Assembly: GCA_022616535.1 (NCBI GenBank)
Contig: JAKEEM010000009.1
Coordinates: 11,353-75,352 of the forward strand
Source of the DNA: Chlorobiota bacterium
GTDB taxonomy: Bacteria; Bacteroidota; Ignavibacteria; Tepidaquicellales; OLB5
Length of the DNA: 64,000 nt
Direction: 5' to 3'
The position numbers and the translations under genes were made by a program. Below the pieces are notes generated by a model. The model was given only the letters and a program-made list of their open reading frames with translations, was not told the origin of the DNA and searched no databases. Shown one piece after another: positions 18,769 to 28,515 of this stretch. The stretch's first letter is position 1; each line of letters begins with the position of its first letter.

Positions 18769-20592
18769 ATGAAAAGAAAGTTTTACTGGATTTTAACATT
18801 TTTCATCCTAGTTGTAATAAAAACCTATTCGCAGCCTTACGGTTGGTTTGCTCAAACCAGCAATACGGTTAATAATTTAAACAGCGTTTATTTTGCTAAT
18901 GTTAATACAGGAATAGCAGTTGGCCAGCTTGGTACAGTTTTAAGAACTACAAACGGGGGAGCTAACTGGACCAGCCAGTCCAGCGGAGTTAATAATCATT
19001 TATTCGGAGTTTGTTTCATTAACTCTTCAACGGGCTGGGTTGTTGGGGATGTCGGCATAATATTGAAATCTTCAAACGGCGGAGTTACCTGGGCGGCTCA
19101 AAGCAGCACTACTAATGTGCAGCTTACTTCTGTAAGCTTTAGGGATGCCAATACAGGGTATGTTGTTGGATGGTACGGTAATTTTCTAAGGACTACAAAC
19201 GGTGGTTCAACGTGGACCAAATACCTTACTGCTATAAGTACAAATCTCAGCAGCGTCTCATTTGCCGATGCAAACACTGGATATGCAGTTGGACAGTACG
19301 GAAAAATGGTCCGAACGTCAAACGGCGGTATTAACTGGACCCAGATTCAAACGGGTACAACTGTTTTGCTTGAATATGTGGTTTTTCTTAATCCTTCAAC
19401 CGGCACAATTATTGGTGAAAGCGGTGTTATAAGAAAAACCTCAAACGGCGGATTAAACTGGTCAAGCCAGTCAAGCGGAACTGGAAGCTGGCTTAACGGA
19501 ATGTCGATTCAGAATGCAAATTTCTGCCATGTAGTCGGAGAGGACGGTCTGGTAAGAAAGTCATCCAATGCCGGCGTAAACTGGTATTCGCAAGTGAGCG
19601 GGACAAGCAACTGGCTCAGAAAGACAAGCTTTATCGATACAAATACGGGCTGGGCTGTGGGAGATAATGGAACAATTATTAAAACAACTACGGGCGGGTG
19701 GAGACTGCCGGGTACGGCAAATCTTATATCACCCAATGATAATCAAACTTGTTTTTCACCGACAGGTACCCTTGACTGGAGCGATGTTTTTCCTCCGATT
19801 TCAAATTACAGGGTGCAGATTTCCGAAAACCAGAGTTTTAGCAATATCATCCACAACGTTGCTGGAATTAATGTGTCTCAGTATACAATACCTGCAAATG
19901 TCTTAAGTTACGAAACAAGATATTACTGGCGCGTTAGAGCAACAAATCAGGTTGGCGAGAGCCCAAATTGGTCGGCAGTGCGGAATTTTCAGACTGCCTC
20001 TGAATTACCTCAGGTTCCGGGCTTAATAATTCCGCCTAATAATTCATCGACCAATTTAACTCCTCTTTTGTGCTGGGATACAATTCCGGTCGCAACTTCA
20101 TACAGGTGCATAGTTGCAACAGATTCCGGCTTTACCAACATAGTGCTGGATTCAAGCAATATTATAAACAGGGCAATTTATGTCCCCGAGGGCGTACTGC
20201 AGCCGTATACAACATACTATTGGAAGGCTAATGCGTCGAATTCCTGTAATATAAGCCCCTTTTCTGAAACTTGGAGCTTTATTACAAATGACGTTATCGG
20301 AATTTCCCAGTTGGGGAGTGAGGTTCCAAAAGTTTTCGCTTTATATAATAATTATCCAAATCCGTTCAATCCTGTTACTTATATAGAGTTCGATATGCCG
20401 AGAAGTTCGTTTGTAAATTTAACGATTTATAATGCTATAGGACAGGCGGTTGCAGAGCTTGTTAACTTGGATTTAAGCCCCGGTAAATATAAAGTCGATT
20501 GGAATGCATCAGCTTATCCGAGCGGAGTGTATTTCTACAGAATAACTGCGTCAGGATTTTCATTTACGAAGAAAATGGTATTAATTAAATAA
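18769..20592 (+). CDS. BNR/Ycf48-like beta-propeller + Fn3-like domains + T9SS CTD protein
   Basis: 607 aa with a signal peptide. About 7 Asp-box-like repeats (T(T/S)NGGxxW(T/S)), then two Ig/Fn3-like segments, then a CTD with NYPNPFNP...GVYFYRI...KKMVLIK. Confidence 0.7.
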   Translation: MKRKFYWILTFFILVVIKTYSQPYGWFAQTSNTVNNLNSVYFANVNTGIAVGQLGTVLRTTNGGANWTSQSSGVNNHLFGVCFINSSTGWVVGDVGIILKSSNGGVTWAAQSSTTNVQLTSVSFRDANTGYVVGWYGNFLRTTNGGSTWTKYLTAISTNLSSVSFADANTGYAVGQYGKMVRTSNGGINWTQIQTGTTVLLEYVVFLNPSTGTIIGESGVIRKTSNGGLNWSSQSSGTGSWLNGMSIQNANFCHVVGEDGLVRKSSNAGVNWYSQVSGTSNWLRKTSFIDTNTGWAVGDNGTIIKTTTGGWRLPGTANLISPNDNQTCFSPTGTLDWSDVFPPISNYRVQISENQSFSNIIHNVAGINVSQYTIPANVLSYETRYYWRVRATNQVGESPNWSAVRNFQTASELPQVPGLIIPPNNSSTNLTPLLCWDTIPVATSYRCIVATDSGFTNIVLDSSNIINRAIYVPEGVLQPYTTYYWKANASNSCNISPFSETWSFITNDVIGISQLGSEVPKVFALYNNYPNPFNPVTYIEFDMPRSSFVNLTIYNAIGQAVAELVNLDLSPGKYKVDWNASAYPSGVYFYRITASGFSFTKKMVLIK

Positions 20593-20645
20593 TATTTATT
20601 TTAAAAAATATTTTTGTGAAAAATTTTAAAGAGGGGAGAAAAAAA

Positions 20646-22304
20646 ATGAAAAAAATAATATTAAGCGTTTCATTGGTATTATTTTGTTCATCTGTTTCTT
20701 TTGGGGAGATTGTGTCAAGGGTAATGTCATACAACGGTCCGGGTAATCAGCTTGACCAGTGCAACGCTATAACGCAGGACCAGTTAGGCAGAGTTTATGC
20801 TACGGGAGTCAGCTGGGGGGGAAGCGGCACAAAAGAAGACTATGCCACTATTAAATTTGGAGAAGACGGCGATTTTTTATGGGTTGCAAGGTATGACGGC
20901 CCCGGGCACAATCTTGATTATGCTTCAGCTATAGCTGTTGATAATAGCGGAAATGTATACGTAACAGGGTGGAGCAGAGTTGGCTCAAGCTTTGGAAGCG
21001 AGGACTATGCAACGATAAAATATAATTCCAACGGGCAGCAGCTCTGGGTTGCAAGATACAACGGAACAGGTGACTGCTATGACTTTGCCAAAGCAATTTG
21101 GGTGGATGCTGCCGGAAATATTTACATAACCGGAATAAGCTTTGGAAACAATAATGCAAAAGATGACTATACTACGATAAAATACAATTCCAACGGTGTT
21201 CAGCAGTGGGTTGCAAGATATAATGGTCCTTCTAACAAAGAGGATATGGCATATTCGCTTTATTTAGACGGTTCCGGTAATGTTTATGTAACCGGTGCCA
21301 GCTTTCAGACAAATAAGGGTTATGATATGCTGACAATTAAATATAACAATAACGGGCAGCAGCAATGGAATGCAAGATACAACGGCTCATCAAATTCAAA
21401 CGATATTGCAGGCGAGGTAGTTGCAGATAAGTTAGGAAATGTTTTTATAACCGGCTCAAGCTATGTCGGAACGGCAAAACTTGATTATGTTACAATAAAA
21501 TACAGCTCAGCTGGGCAGCAGCAATGGCTGAAAAGCTATAACGGAACTGCGAATGATACTGATGCCGCAACCGGACTGGACATTGACATATATGGCAATA
21601 TTTATGTAACAGGATACAGCAAAAGCTCCGGGGGGGCAGGTTATGATTATACAACTATTAAATACAAAGGCGCGGACGGTTCGCAGGAATGGTTAAATAA
21701 ATATAACGGCGGGTCGCTCGATAAGGCGTGGGACATTAAGGTGTTTGCAAAATCTTGCGGACTTGATATTTATGAAGAAGGTGATATACCATGCTGGGAA
21801 ATTTATATTTATGTAACAGGTCAAAGTACCGGAGTCGGAACTTCCAATGACTTTTTAACTGTAAGATACAGTGAATTTGGTAATCAGCTTTGGGCTAACA
21901 GATTTAACGGTCCGGCAAACGGAAACGACGCAGCTTACAGCATTTCCGTAAGGGAAAATTACCCAATTATTTATGCCGCCGGTTCATTTGCAAATGATTA
22001 TGGTATTGTAGGGATAACCGAAGAAAGGCCGGGTGACGTTATCACCAGCGGAATTTCAAAAAGCTATCCGAATCCCTTTAACCCGGAAACACGAATCTCA
22101 TTTAACGTGGAAAGGGAATCTAACGTTAAGATTGAAGTATTCGATATTCTGGGCAGAACGGTTGCTACACTGGTAGATAAAAAGCTGAATTCGGGTTATC
22201 ACTCTGTCAGCTGGAATGCTTCAGGCTTAAACAGCGGGGTTTACTTCTACCGCATCGTAACAGATTATGCCTCTGAAACTAAGAAGCTTGTTCTTGTGAA
22301 ATAG
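20646..22304 (+). CDS. SBBP-repeat beta-propeller protein with T9SS CTD
   Basis: About 8 repeats of DYxTIKY...G...W..RYNG...D.A..I..D..GN(V/I)Y(V/I)TG. The CTD has SYPNPFNP...GVYFYRI. I start it at ATG 20646 (GAGGGGAG RBS upstream) rather than the GTG at 20616 used by the track. Confidence 0.75.
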   Translation: MKKIILSVSLVLFCSSVSFGEIVSRVMSYNGPGNQLDQCNAITQDQLGRVYATGVSWGGSGTKEDYATIKFGEDGDFLWVARYDGPGHNLDYASAIAVDNSGNVYVTGWSRVGSSFGSEDYATIKYNSNGQQLWVARYNGTGDCYDFAKAIWVDAAGNIYITGISFGNNNAKDDYTTIKYNSNGVQQWVARYNGPSNKEDMAYSLYLDGSGNVYVTGASFQTNKGYDMLTIKYNNNGQQQWNARYNGSSNSNDIAGEVVADKLGNVFITGSSYVGTAKLDYVTIKYSSAGQQQWLKSYNGTANDTDAATGLDIDIYGNIYVTGYSKSSGGAGYDYTTIKYKGADGSQEWLNKYNGGSLDKAWDIKVFAKSCGLDIYEEGDIPCWEIYIYVTGQSTGVGTSNDFLTVRYSEFGNQLWANRFNGPANGNDAAYSISVRENYPIIYAAGSFANDYGIVGITEERPGDVITSGISKSYPNPFNPETRISFNVERESNVKIEVFDILGRTVATLVDKKLNSGYHSVSWNASGLNSGVYFYRIVTDYASETKKLVLVK

Positions 22305-22332
22305 AATAAAAATATACCTCCGTAAGACCTGT

Positions 22333-22364
22333 CTACCTGCCTGCTGAAGGCAGGAGCCAGGTAG
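22333..22364. repeat. REP-like hairpin, family C
   Basis: CTACCTGCCTGC-TGAA-GGCAGG...CAGGTAG, lying between convergent genes. Confidence 0.6.
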
Positions 22365-22378
22365 ATGTTATTACTTTA

Positions 22379-22410
22379 AAGGCGTTTCTAATTAGTTAGA
22401 AGCGCCTTTT
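22379..22410. terminator. bidirectional intrinsic terminator between convergent genes
   Basis: AAGGCGTTTCTA-loop-TAGAAGCGCCTT is flanked by an A-run and a T-run. Confidence 0.7.
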
Positions 22411-22433
22411 CAATTTTCAAAAAACTATTGATT

Positions 22434-24806
22434 TTAGTCTTGTTCCTGAAGATGAGATTTTTTCTTTCTACTGCCGTTTTTACTGTGTCCTGAAGAGCTG
22501 TCAGTGTTTCTTTCGGCTTTCCGGTGGCCGGACTTTATCAGCCGGTATCTTCTTAGCAGCGACGCAAAAAATCCAAGAACCATAATTATAGTTCCGCCCC
22601 AAACCAGATTAATAAACGGTTTTATGCTTGCTGTTAGCACCAGGGTTTCAGGAGCATCGCTCTTTGGAATTGAATCATTCACAACTGCAATTTCGACCGC
22701 CGATTCACCTGAAACTGACATATTTAAAAGGTAGAAAGTATGTTTATCATTATCACTAATTTTTGAGGGGATATTCTCAGCTCCCGCCGATGTAATTTTC
22801 TGCTCTATAATTACTTTTTGTGTTTTTCCATCCATTGTTACCTCAATCTCCGCGCCCATTATATTATCTTTATTATCTTTGCCCTCCTGCATTGCCTCGC
22901 GGTCGAATTTTGACATGTCAAAATTAACAAACTTAACTTTCATCCCGTGGATTTCCTTTTCCTCGCCTTTTTTCAGGCTTAACATATCGCTTGAAGAGAA
23001 ATCCTGCGGCGTTTCCAGTGCCATAGGGGAAAGATATAAATCTTTAACTACTAAGTTTGCAATATCGGGATTTTTCATTACCCCCTCTGAATACTCGCTG
23101 TAATACATTACAGGCTGAAGCAGAAAACCTCTGCCTTCTTTTTCAACTATCACATTAAAATGGAATTTTTCTTCATCACCTTTTATCGGTGTCGCGCCTT
23201 TGTAAGTCATATTATAGCCCAGTGCATGCTTAGTTTCGTTCAGCGGCAGTGAAACGTTTACCTCTTCAGAGTATCTTGCAGAGCCGATTATTCCCAGAAA
23301 CAGAATCATAAGTCCCATATGAGCGATATAAGGACCTGCTTTAACTTTATCTTTGGTGAAGATTCTATATGCAATTTCAAGATTGATGAATAAAGCGAAA
23401 AAGGCAGCTGCAGCCAAAAGTGCAATGATAAAATCTCTTACTCCGATTATTACAAGCACTATGGTTATAAGAGCAGTGAATCCAAGCGGTATGTAGAGGC
23501 TTTTCAGAAACTGTTTTTCTTCTGAATAGCGCCATTTTAAAAGCATGCTGAACCCGTTTATTGATGCAATGAGTATCGCAAGCGGGAGATTCATTCTGTT
23601 GTAAAACTCCGGTTCAACAGTCCCTTTGGCAATTATTGGCCAGCTTGTCCCGACTGCAATCACTAAGGCTGCTGCACACAATGTTATGGCTCCGACAAAT
23701 AAAGCGGACTCTCTTGAAAGAAGCTGTGACTGCTGCTCTGATGGAGCTGTTCTAAGTGACTTTAATCTGAAAAGGACTAACCCGATTCCCCCTCCGCCAA
23801 AAAGCGATAGGAACACGATTAAAAACAGGTAAACTTCCTGCCCGGGGTCAACAAATGAATGCACCGATGCATCGCCAAGGACCCCGCTTCGTGTCAAAAA
23901 TGTTGAGTATAAAACCAATAAATATGCAGTGATACAGAGAATCAGACTGGTCTTCTTGAATTTACCGGTTCGCTCTTCGCTTACCATTGTGTGAATGGCT
24001 GCAACAACGACTATCCACGGAACGAACGATGAATTTTCAACAGGGTCCCATCCCCAGTATCCGCCCCATCCCAGGACTCCGTATGCCCAGTAGCCGCCGA
24101 GCATTATGCCAAGTCCAAGAATCATTCCGCCGAATAGAGTCCATGGCAGGCCAAGCTTCATCCAACGGCTGTATTCATTTTTAATCAGCGCCGTAATTGC
24201 AAAACAAAACGGAACAGCAAGTGCTGTAAAACCTGAAAAAAGAACCGGAGGATGAATCGTCATCCAGAAGTTCTGCAGCAGGGGATTTAACCCTCTCCCG
24301 TCTTCAGGAACAAAGCCAACGGCAACATCATTTGGAAATGATTCCCATACCATTAAGTACGGCGATTTAATTACAAGTATAAATGCAAGAAACGAAAGTA
24401 TTAATGAATACAATCCCATTACAAGAGGCTCGTATTTTTCCTTATAATTAGAAGATTTAATTTCAATATCCCTGTTAGCAAGATATGAAAGCAAAAATAC
24501 TCCCAAAACTGCGGTCAAAAATGCCCATAAGTGAAAGCTGCCTTCCTGACCCGCATAGAAAGTCGATATTAGCAGGTTCCACGGCAGGTCGCGCGAGCTG
24601 TAATTCCATACATAAGTAAGCTGAAACTGATGAGTTATTATAAGGTAAAGCAGGTAAGCCGCAGACGATATTACAAGAACTGCAGCAATGTGATAAAACA
24701 TTCTCCCGTAGCGGATAAATTTTTCCTTCCCGCCGTTAGAGATAAAGTAACAGATTGAAGCTAACAGTGCTGAGGCAAAGGCGATATTTAATAATAAATT
24801 ACCCAT
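22434..24806 (-). CDS. ccmF: cytochrome c maturation heme lyase CcmF (long form)
   Basis: 790 aa polytopic membrane protein with a Trp-rich WWD motif (WGGYWGWDPVENSSFVPW). Sits directly downstream of ccmE. About 140 aa longer than the 647-aa E. coli CcmF. Confidence 0.8.
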   Translation of the reverse strand: MGNLLLNIAFASALLASICYFISNGGKEKFIRYGRMFYHIAAVLVISSAAYLLYLIITHQFQLTYVWNYSSRDLPWNLLISTFYAGQEGSFHLWAFLTAVLGVFLLSYLANRDIEIKSSNYKEKYEPLVMGLYSLILSFLAFILVIKSPYLMVWESFPNDVAVGFVPEDGRGLNPLLQNFWMTIHPPVLFSGFTALAVPFCFAITALIKNEYSRWMKLGLPWTLFGGMILGLGIMLGGYWAYGVLGWGGYWGWDPVENSSFVPWIVVVAAIHTMVSEERTGKFKKTSLILCITAYLLVLYSTFLTRSGVLGDASVHSFVDPGQEVYLFLIVFLSLFGGGGIGLVLFRLKSLRTAPSEQQSQLLSRESALFVGAITLCAAALVIAVGTSWPIIAKGTVEPEFYNRMNLPLAILIASINGFSMLLKWRYSEEKQFLKSLYIPLGFTALITIVLVIIGVRDFIIALLAAAAFFALFINLEIAYRIFTKDKVKAGPYIAHMGLMILFLGIIGSARYSEEVNVSLPLNETKHALGYNMTYKGATPIKGDEEKFHFNVIVEKEGRGFLLQPVMYYSEYSEGVMKNPDIANLVVKDLYLSPMALETPQDFSSSDMLSLKKGEEKEIHGMKVKFVNFDMSKFDREAMQEGKDNKDNIMGAEIEVTMDGKTQKVIIEQKITSAGAENIPSKISDNDKHTFYLLNMSVSGESAVEIAVVNDSIPKSDAPETLVLTASIKPFINLVWGGTIIMVLGFFASLLRRYRLIKSGHRKAERNTDSSSGHSKNGSRKKKSHLQEQD

Positions 24807-24825
24807 TTTTTCTAATTTCTAAATT

Positions 24826-25212
24826 TTAATTTCTTTTAATATCCTCGCCTGTGCCTTCGTATTTTGAGGGGCACTTTGTGAGAACTTCTTTTGCGTGGAA
24901 ATGACCGTCTTTAATCTTTCCCTTTGCGACTACATTTTCAGCCATTTCAAAGTTATTCGGCTTTGCACCGTCTAAAATGACTTTCATTTCCACACCGTTT
25001 TCGTCTTTCATATAAAATGTGAATTGGTTAGTCTGCGCGTCAAATTTCGATTCCTTCTCTCTCACCCAGCTTCCCTTCACCTGGCAGGTTTTATGGGTTT
25101 CCGTTGCTTTTTTAAAATTTGCATACTCAACTTTATTATCCATAAAAGCGAAAAATCCAACTGCGAGAAATATGGCTATTATTACGATTCCAATTAATGT
25201 TTTTTTATTCAT
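24826..25212 (-). CDS. ccmE: cytochrome c maturation heme chaperone CcmE, CxxxY variant
   Basis: 128 aa with an N-terminal TM anchor and an OB-fold-like body. The C-terminal VLTKCPSKYE corresponds to the canonical LAKHDENY, so the heme-binding His is replaced by Cys. Confidence 0.8.
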   Translation of the reverse strand: MNKKTLIGIVIIAIFLAVGFFAFMDNKVEYANFKKATETHKTCQVKGSWVREKESKFDAQTNQFTFYMKDENGVEMKVILDGAKPNNFEMAENVVAKGKIKDGHFHAKEVLTKCPSKYEGTGEDIKRN

Positions 25213-25223
25213 TTGTGAGGATT

Positions 25224-25370
25224 TTAATTATTGCTTTTTTCTTTAATCATTTTTGAAACTTTTTTATTGACGCTTCTCACATAAGAAAAGATTCCGAGCC
25301 AAATAATCAGCGATATTACTAACAGAATATAATAAGAATGAGTTGCTAAGTAATTATAAAAATTTTCCAT
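25224..25370 (-). CDS. CcmD-like small single-TM protein (48 aa, below the ORF-track cutoff)
   Basis: My own translation: MENFYNYLATHSYYILLVISLIIWLGIFSYVRSVNKKVSKMIKEKSNN. It lies directly between the TPR lipoprotein and ccmE. Position, size and single TM match CcmD. Confidence 0.4.
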   Translation of the reverse strand: MENFYNYLATHSYYILLVISLIIWLGIFSYVRSVNKKVSKMIKEKSNN

Positions 25371-25372
25371 TA

Positions 25373-25849
25373 TCAGTCAGGTATCGGCATTCCCATTTGC
25401 TCGTAAATCTCCTCAATCTGCCGTTTGTTTTCCATCGCTTCCTTATTGCCCGGGTCAAGCTCCAGCACCCGTCGGTATCTCTTTAAAGCCGGTCTGTATT
25501 TTTTCTTGGGCGAAAGATTTGCCTCAAACATCAGGTAATTAGCTGCAGTAAGCTGTTTCTGAATGCATGTTTTCTTGTCACCTTCGGACTTAGTCTTCTC
25601 ATACTTTGCATCTGCTTCATCCGCCTCTTTTGTTAGCTCCTCCGCCTTGGAGTCACCTTTTACATCAGAATCGGTTGTACTTTGTCTAAGGTTCCTGTGG
25701 ATTGAGTCATCGGGCATCTCCTGCTGCTGAACGTTTTGCTTAGGCTTGGTCTGGTTTTCCAGCAGCTCTTTGGGAACTTCCTTTGTGCAGGAAGATATGA
25801 AAAAGGAGATTATTATTAGAATTAAAGCGGATTTTAATTTGTGAGCCAT
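25373..25849 (-). CDS. TPR-like lipoprotein, first gene of the ccm operon
   Basis: 158 aa. Lipobox FFISSC. The C-terminus has a TPR-like segment (AANYLMFEANLSPKKKYRPALKRYRRVLELDPGNKEA). Confidence 0.55.
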   Translation of the reverse strand: MAHKLKSALILIIISFFISSCTKEVPKELLENQTKPKQNVQQQEMPDDSIHRNLRQSTTDSDVKGDSKAEELTKEADEADAKYEKTKSEGDKKTCIQKQLTAANYLMFEANLSPKKKYRPALKRYRRVLELDPGNKEAMENKRQIEEIYEQMGMPIPD

Positions 25850-25894
25850 AACTTATGAATGAAAGTGTACATTGTAAAAATTCTTACTTCTATA

Positions 25895-25938
25895 CAAACA
25901 TAACATATTATATCATATAGATAAATGATATATGTCAT
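25895..25938 (-). promoter_or_regulatory. FNR/CRP-type box (ATGATATATGTCAT) plus TAnnTTTG -7 motif (TATGTTTG) for the ccm operon
   Basis: Box at 25925-25938, then a 22-nt gap, then the minus-strand -7 motif at 25902-25895. The ATG is at 25849. Confidence 0.5.
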
Positions 25939-26022
25939 AAAAGTAATTAGTTTGATAGAAAATCAATCAAAAACTACGAAAAAGAAACAAATAAATATTG
26001 AAATTTTATATATTTAACAATA

Positions 26023-27099
26023 TCAATCCTGCTTTACCAGCTCAAGCATTTTAGTGAAATGAAAGAAAACCTCCTCGGGGCGTATTGATTTCATACATCC
26101 ATGTGTTCCTGTGTGGCAAATAAACTTTCCATCCTGCCAGTATTTCTTATTCGATTTATTAATTGCTGTATCGGGTGTATAGCATGGGCTGCAAGGGGGC
26201 TTTTTCCAAATTACTTTATGCTTTCCCGGTATTTCCGCATTTACTGGTGCCAAAACCCTTGGGTCTGACGGTCCGAATATTGAAAGCGTTGAGACACCCA
26301 TAGCGGCAGCCATATGCAGTGAGCCCGTATCACCGGAAATAAAATAATCACAGCAGGAAATCAGTTCATTGCTAATTGTCTTCTTATATGCCCGTATTTC
26401 ATTGGGAAGAGTTATTTTTTCATCTTCATAAGTGCCTTCAAAAAAAATAATTTTTATCTCGGGAAATTCGCAATTTATCATTTCGGCAAGCTTCAGGTAA
26501 TTACCGAATCCCCATTTTTTAATGGACATTTCTGTCCCCGGGTTGTGCCCGCCTTCGGAATAAATTCCGAGCAGTCTCTCATCAGTTCTTAAGCCGAGTA
26601 TTTCACGTGCTTTTTCGGAATATAAAGGCACTAACTCCGGTTTTGAATTTACTGCTGTTAGGTTATTTTCAGTTAAAATGCTAAGATATCTTTGGTATTC
26701 CGGAAGTGTTTTTAAAAATTTGCCTCTGTGGGTAAGAAATTTTGTTCCCTGAAAACCCAGTCTGGAAGGAATACCGCAAAGCCTGATAATAAATGCAAGC
26801 AGATTTGACCTGTGACCGAATAAAACAAGGTCAAATTTTTCTTTTCTGACATTTACAATAAATTTTACAGCGCCCGCTATTTTTTTGAGCACACTTTTGC
26901 TGTAAACATTTTCAAACAGTATATGCCCGTCAATAAAAGGAATGTATTCCATCATTGATTCAATCCATTTTGCATGTGCGTAGATTATTTTCGCGTTGGG
27001 AAAATTTATTTTCAATGATTTTATCGAAGGGGTAATAAATACAGCATCCCCGTAACAACAAAGCTTAAAAATTAATATTTTTTTAACGTCTTTAAACAT
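26023..27099 (-). CDS. glycosyltransferase family 9 (heptosyltransferase-like)
   Basis: 358 aa. Has the KILIFKLCCYGDAVFITP N-terminus and GDTGSLHMAAAMG, both typical of GT9/RfaF-like enzymes. Confidence 0.75.
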   Translation of the reverse strand: MFKDVKKILIFKLCCYGDAVFITPSIKSLKINFPNAKIIYAHAKWIESMMEYIPFIDGHILFENVYSKSVLKKIAGAVKFIVNVRKEKFDLVLFGHRSNLLAFIIRLCGIPSRLGFQGTKFLTHRGKFLKTLPEYQRYLSILTENNLTAVNSKPELVPLYSEKAREILGLRTDERLLGIYSEGGHNPGTEMSIKKWGFGNYLKLAEMINCEFPEIKIIFFEGTYEDEKITLPNEIRAYKKTISNELISCCDYFISGDTGSLHMAAAMGVSTLSIFGPSDPRVLAPVNAEIPGKHKVIWKKPPCSPCYTPDTAINKSNKKYWQDGKFICHTGTHGCMKSIRPEEVFFHFTKMLELVKQD

Positions 27100-27174
27100 T
27101 GCAAATCCACAATTAGTTAAACTCTCAATAAAATATTTAGCAAAATAATATGAATCCCTATGCTGCCATTGACA

Positions 27175-28515
27175 TCAGTCATTCGTTTTCAATTTAACTG
27201 GTTCCGTTGAACTCAACTTCATATTATTATTAGAAACTATGTAAAATACAATGCATATAACTAGATAAAATTTATAATACGGCGCAAAATTTGAAAACGA
27301 CGAAACTATCAGAATATTAAACAAAAAAAGAAAGGAAATGTATTTTTTTTCATTTATTAAAATTTTATTTAATAAGATTAGTAAAATCAGGAACATAATT
27401 AATCCAACCATTCCTATTTCAGAAAGCATTACAAGGAAAATATTATGTGGGTTAAGCCTATCGATTTGGTGATATTTAGCTTTAGCAGGGTCACCGATAT
27501 TAATTTCAGGCATTTTTTTGAGTATATCTCTAATATAATTCCGGCTTAATTCAAAAAAGTTTCCGGGGCCGGCTCCGATTACAGGGCTTTCCAAAAATAC
27601 GGTAAAAGCCGCTTCCCAAATTACAAGCCTGCCCGATGATAACTCTGTTTCTGTCTGCTTTTTTGTGAATAAGGAGTAAAGCTTACCGTAAGTCTGCGGT
27701 GTAATTAGCTGGAATATAACAAACATCGCGATAAACAAATAAAGTTCTTTTCTTTCAACAACTTTGAAAATGAAAAAAATTATTATTGTCAAAACACAAA
27801 TAAGCAGGCTTGACCTTGAGACCAGCATTCCAAAAATGTAGGTGCCCAGAATATAAAACCCATATCTGAAAATTTTGTTAAAATGTTTATAGTTAAACAG
27901 CAGCAAAAGCAGAGCCATTGCAATTGAAAATGCTGTCAGGTTGGAATCGGTTAAAAATCCCATGGGTCTCATTATTTTTACGTCGCCAATCCGCACAAGG
28001 GAGTGGTAGGTTTCCTGTCTGCCGAAATGCTTTACAAGAAACTCGTGGAACTCAGGAACATAAAAATCAAGCAGCGACCCCGTTATAACGAGAACATTTG
28101 AATAGATGAAAGACTTAAGCATAAAATTCGAAGCACCCGGAAAATATCTTGCAGCAGCAATGCACATTAAAAGAATTGCGAAATAATAAGTAATCCTGTT
28201 GCATACACCAAGAGCCGTCTGCCGATGGCTTGCAAATAATGATGAAATATACCCTGTAATAATAAGCAAAAAGACTGGAATTATTATTAATAAAATCTTT
28301 TTATCTTTAAACGGGTTTAAAAACTCTTTCGGCGGGATTAGAAACAGTGCGGCCAGTATAATAGGCAGATATTTTATCAGCGGAATTTCCGAGACATGTA
28401 TAAAGGGAATTAAATCCAGCTCCGAAGGAATCTTCAGCTCGGCAATGTTTACAATTAGAAAGTAAATCCACGCTGCCTTAAATATTTTATTTGCTGTGTT
28501 TTTTTTAATCAGCAT
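27175..28515 (-). CDS. O-antigen ligase family (Wzy_C) membrane protein
   Basis: 446 aa polytopic protein with a central SRSSLL...periplasmic loop...GAGPGNF and HNIFL motif, typical of O-antigen ligase-like proteins. Confidence 0.7.
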   Translation of the reverse strand: MLIKKNTANKIFKAAWIYFLIVNIAELKIPSELDLIPFIHVSEIPLIKYLPIILAALFLIPPKEFLNPFKDKKILLIIIPVFLLIITGYISSLFASHRQTALGVCNRITYYFAILLMCIAAARYFPGASNFMLKSFIYSNVLVITGSLLDFYVPEFHEFLVKHFGRQETYHSLVRIGDVKIMRPMGFLTDSNLTAFSIAMALLLLLFNYKHFNKIFRYGFYILGTYIFGMLVSRSSLLICVLTIIIFFIFKVVERKELYLFIAMFVIFQLITPQTYGKLYSLFTKKQTETELSSGRLVIWEAAFTVFLESPVIGAGPGNFFELSRNYIRDILKKMPEINIGDPAKAKYHQIDRLNPHNIFLVMLSEIGMVGLIMFLILLILLNKILINEKKYISFLFLFNILIVSSFSNFAPYYKFYLVICIVFYIVSNNNMKLSSTEPVKLKTND

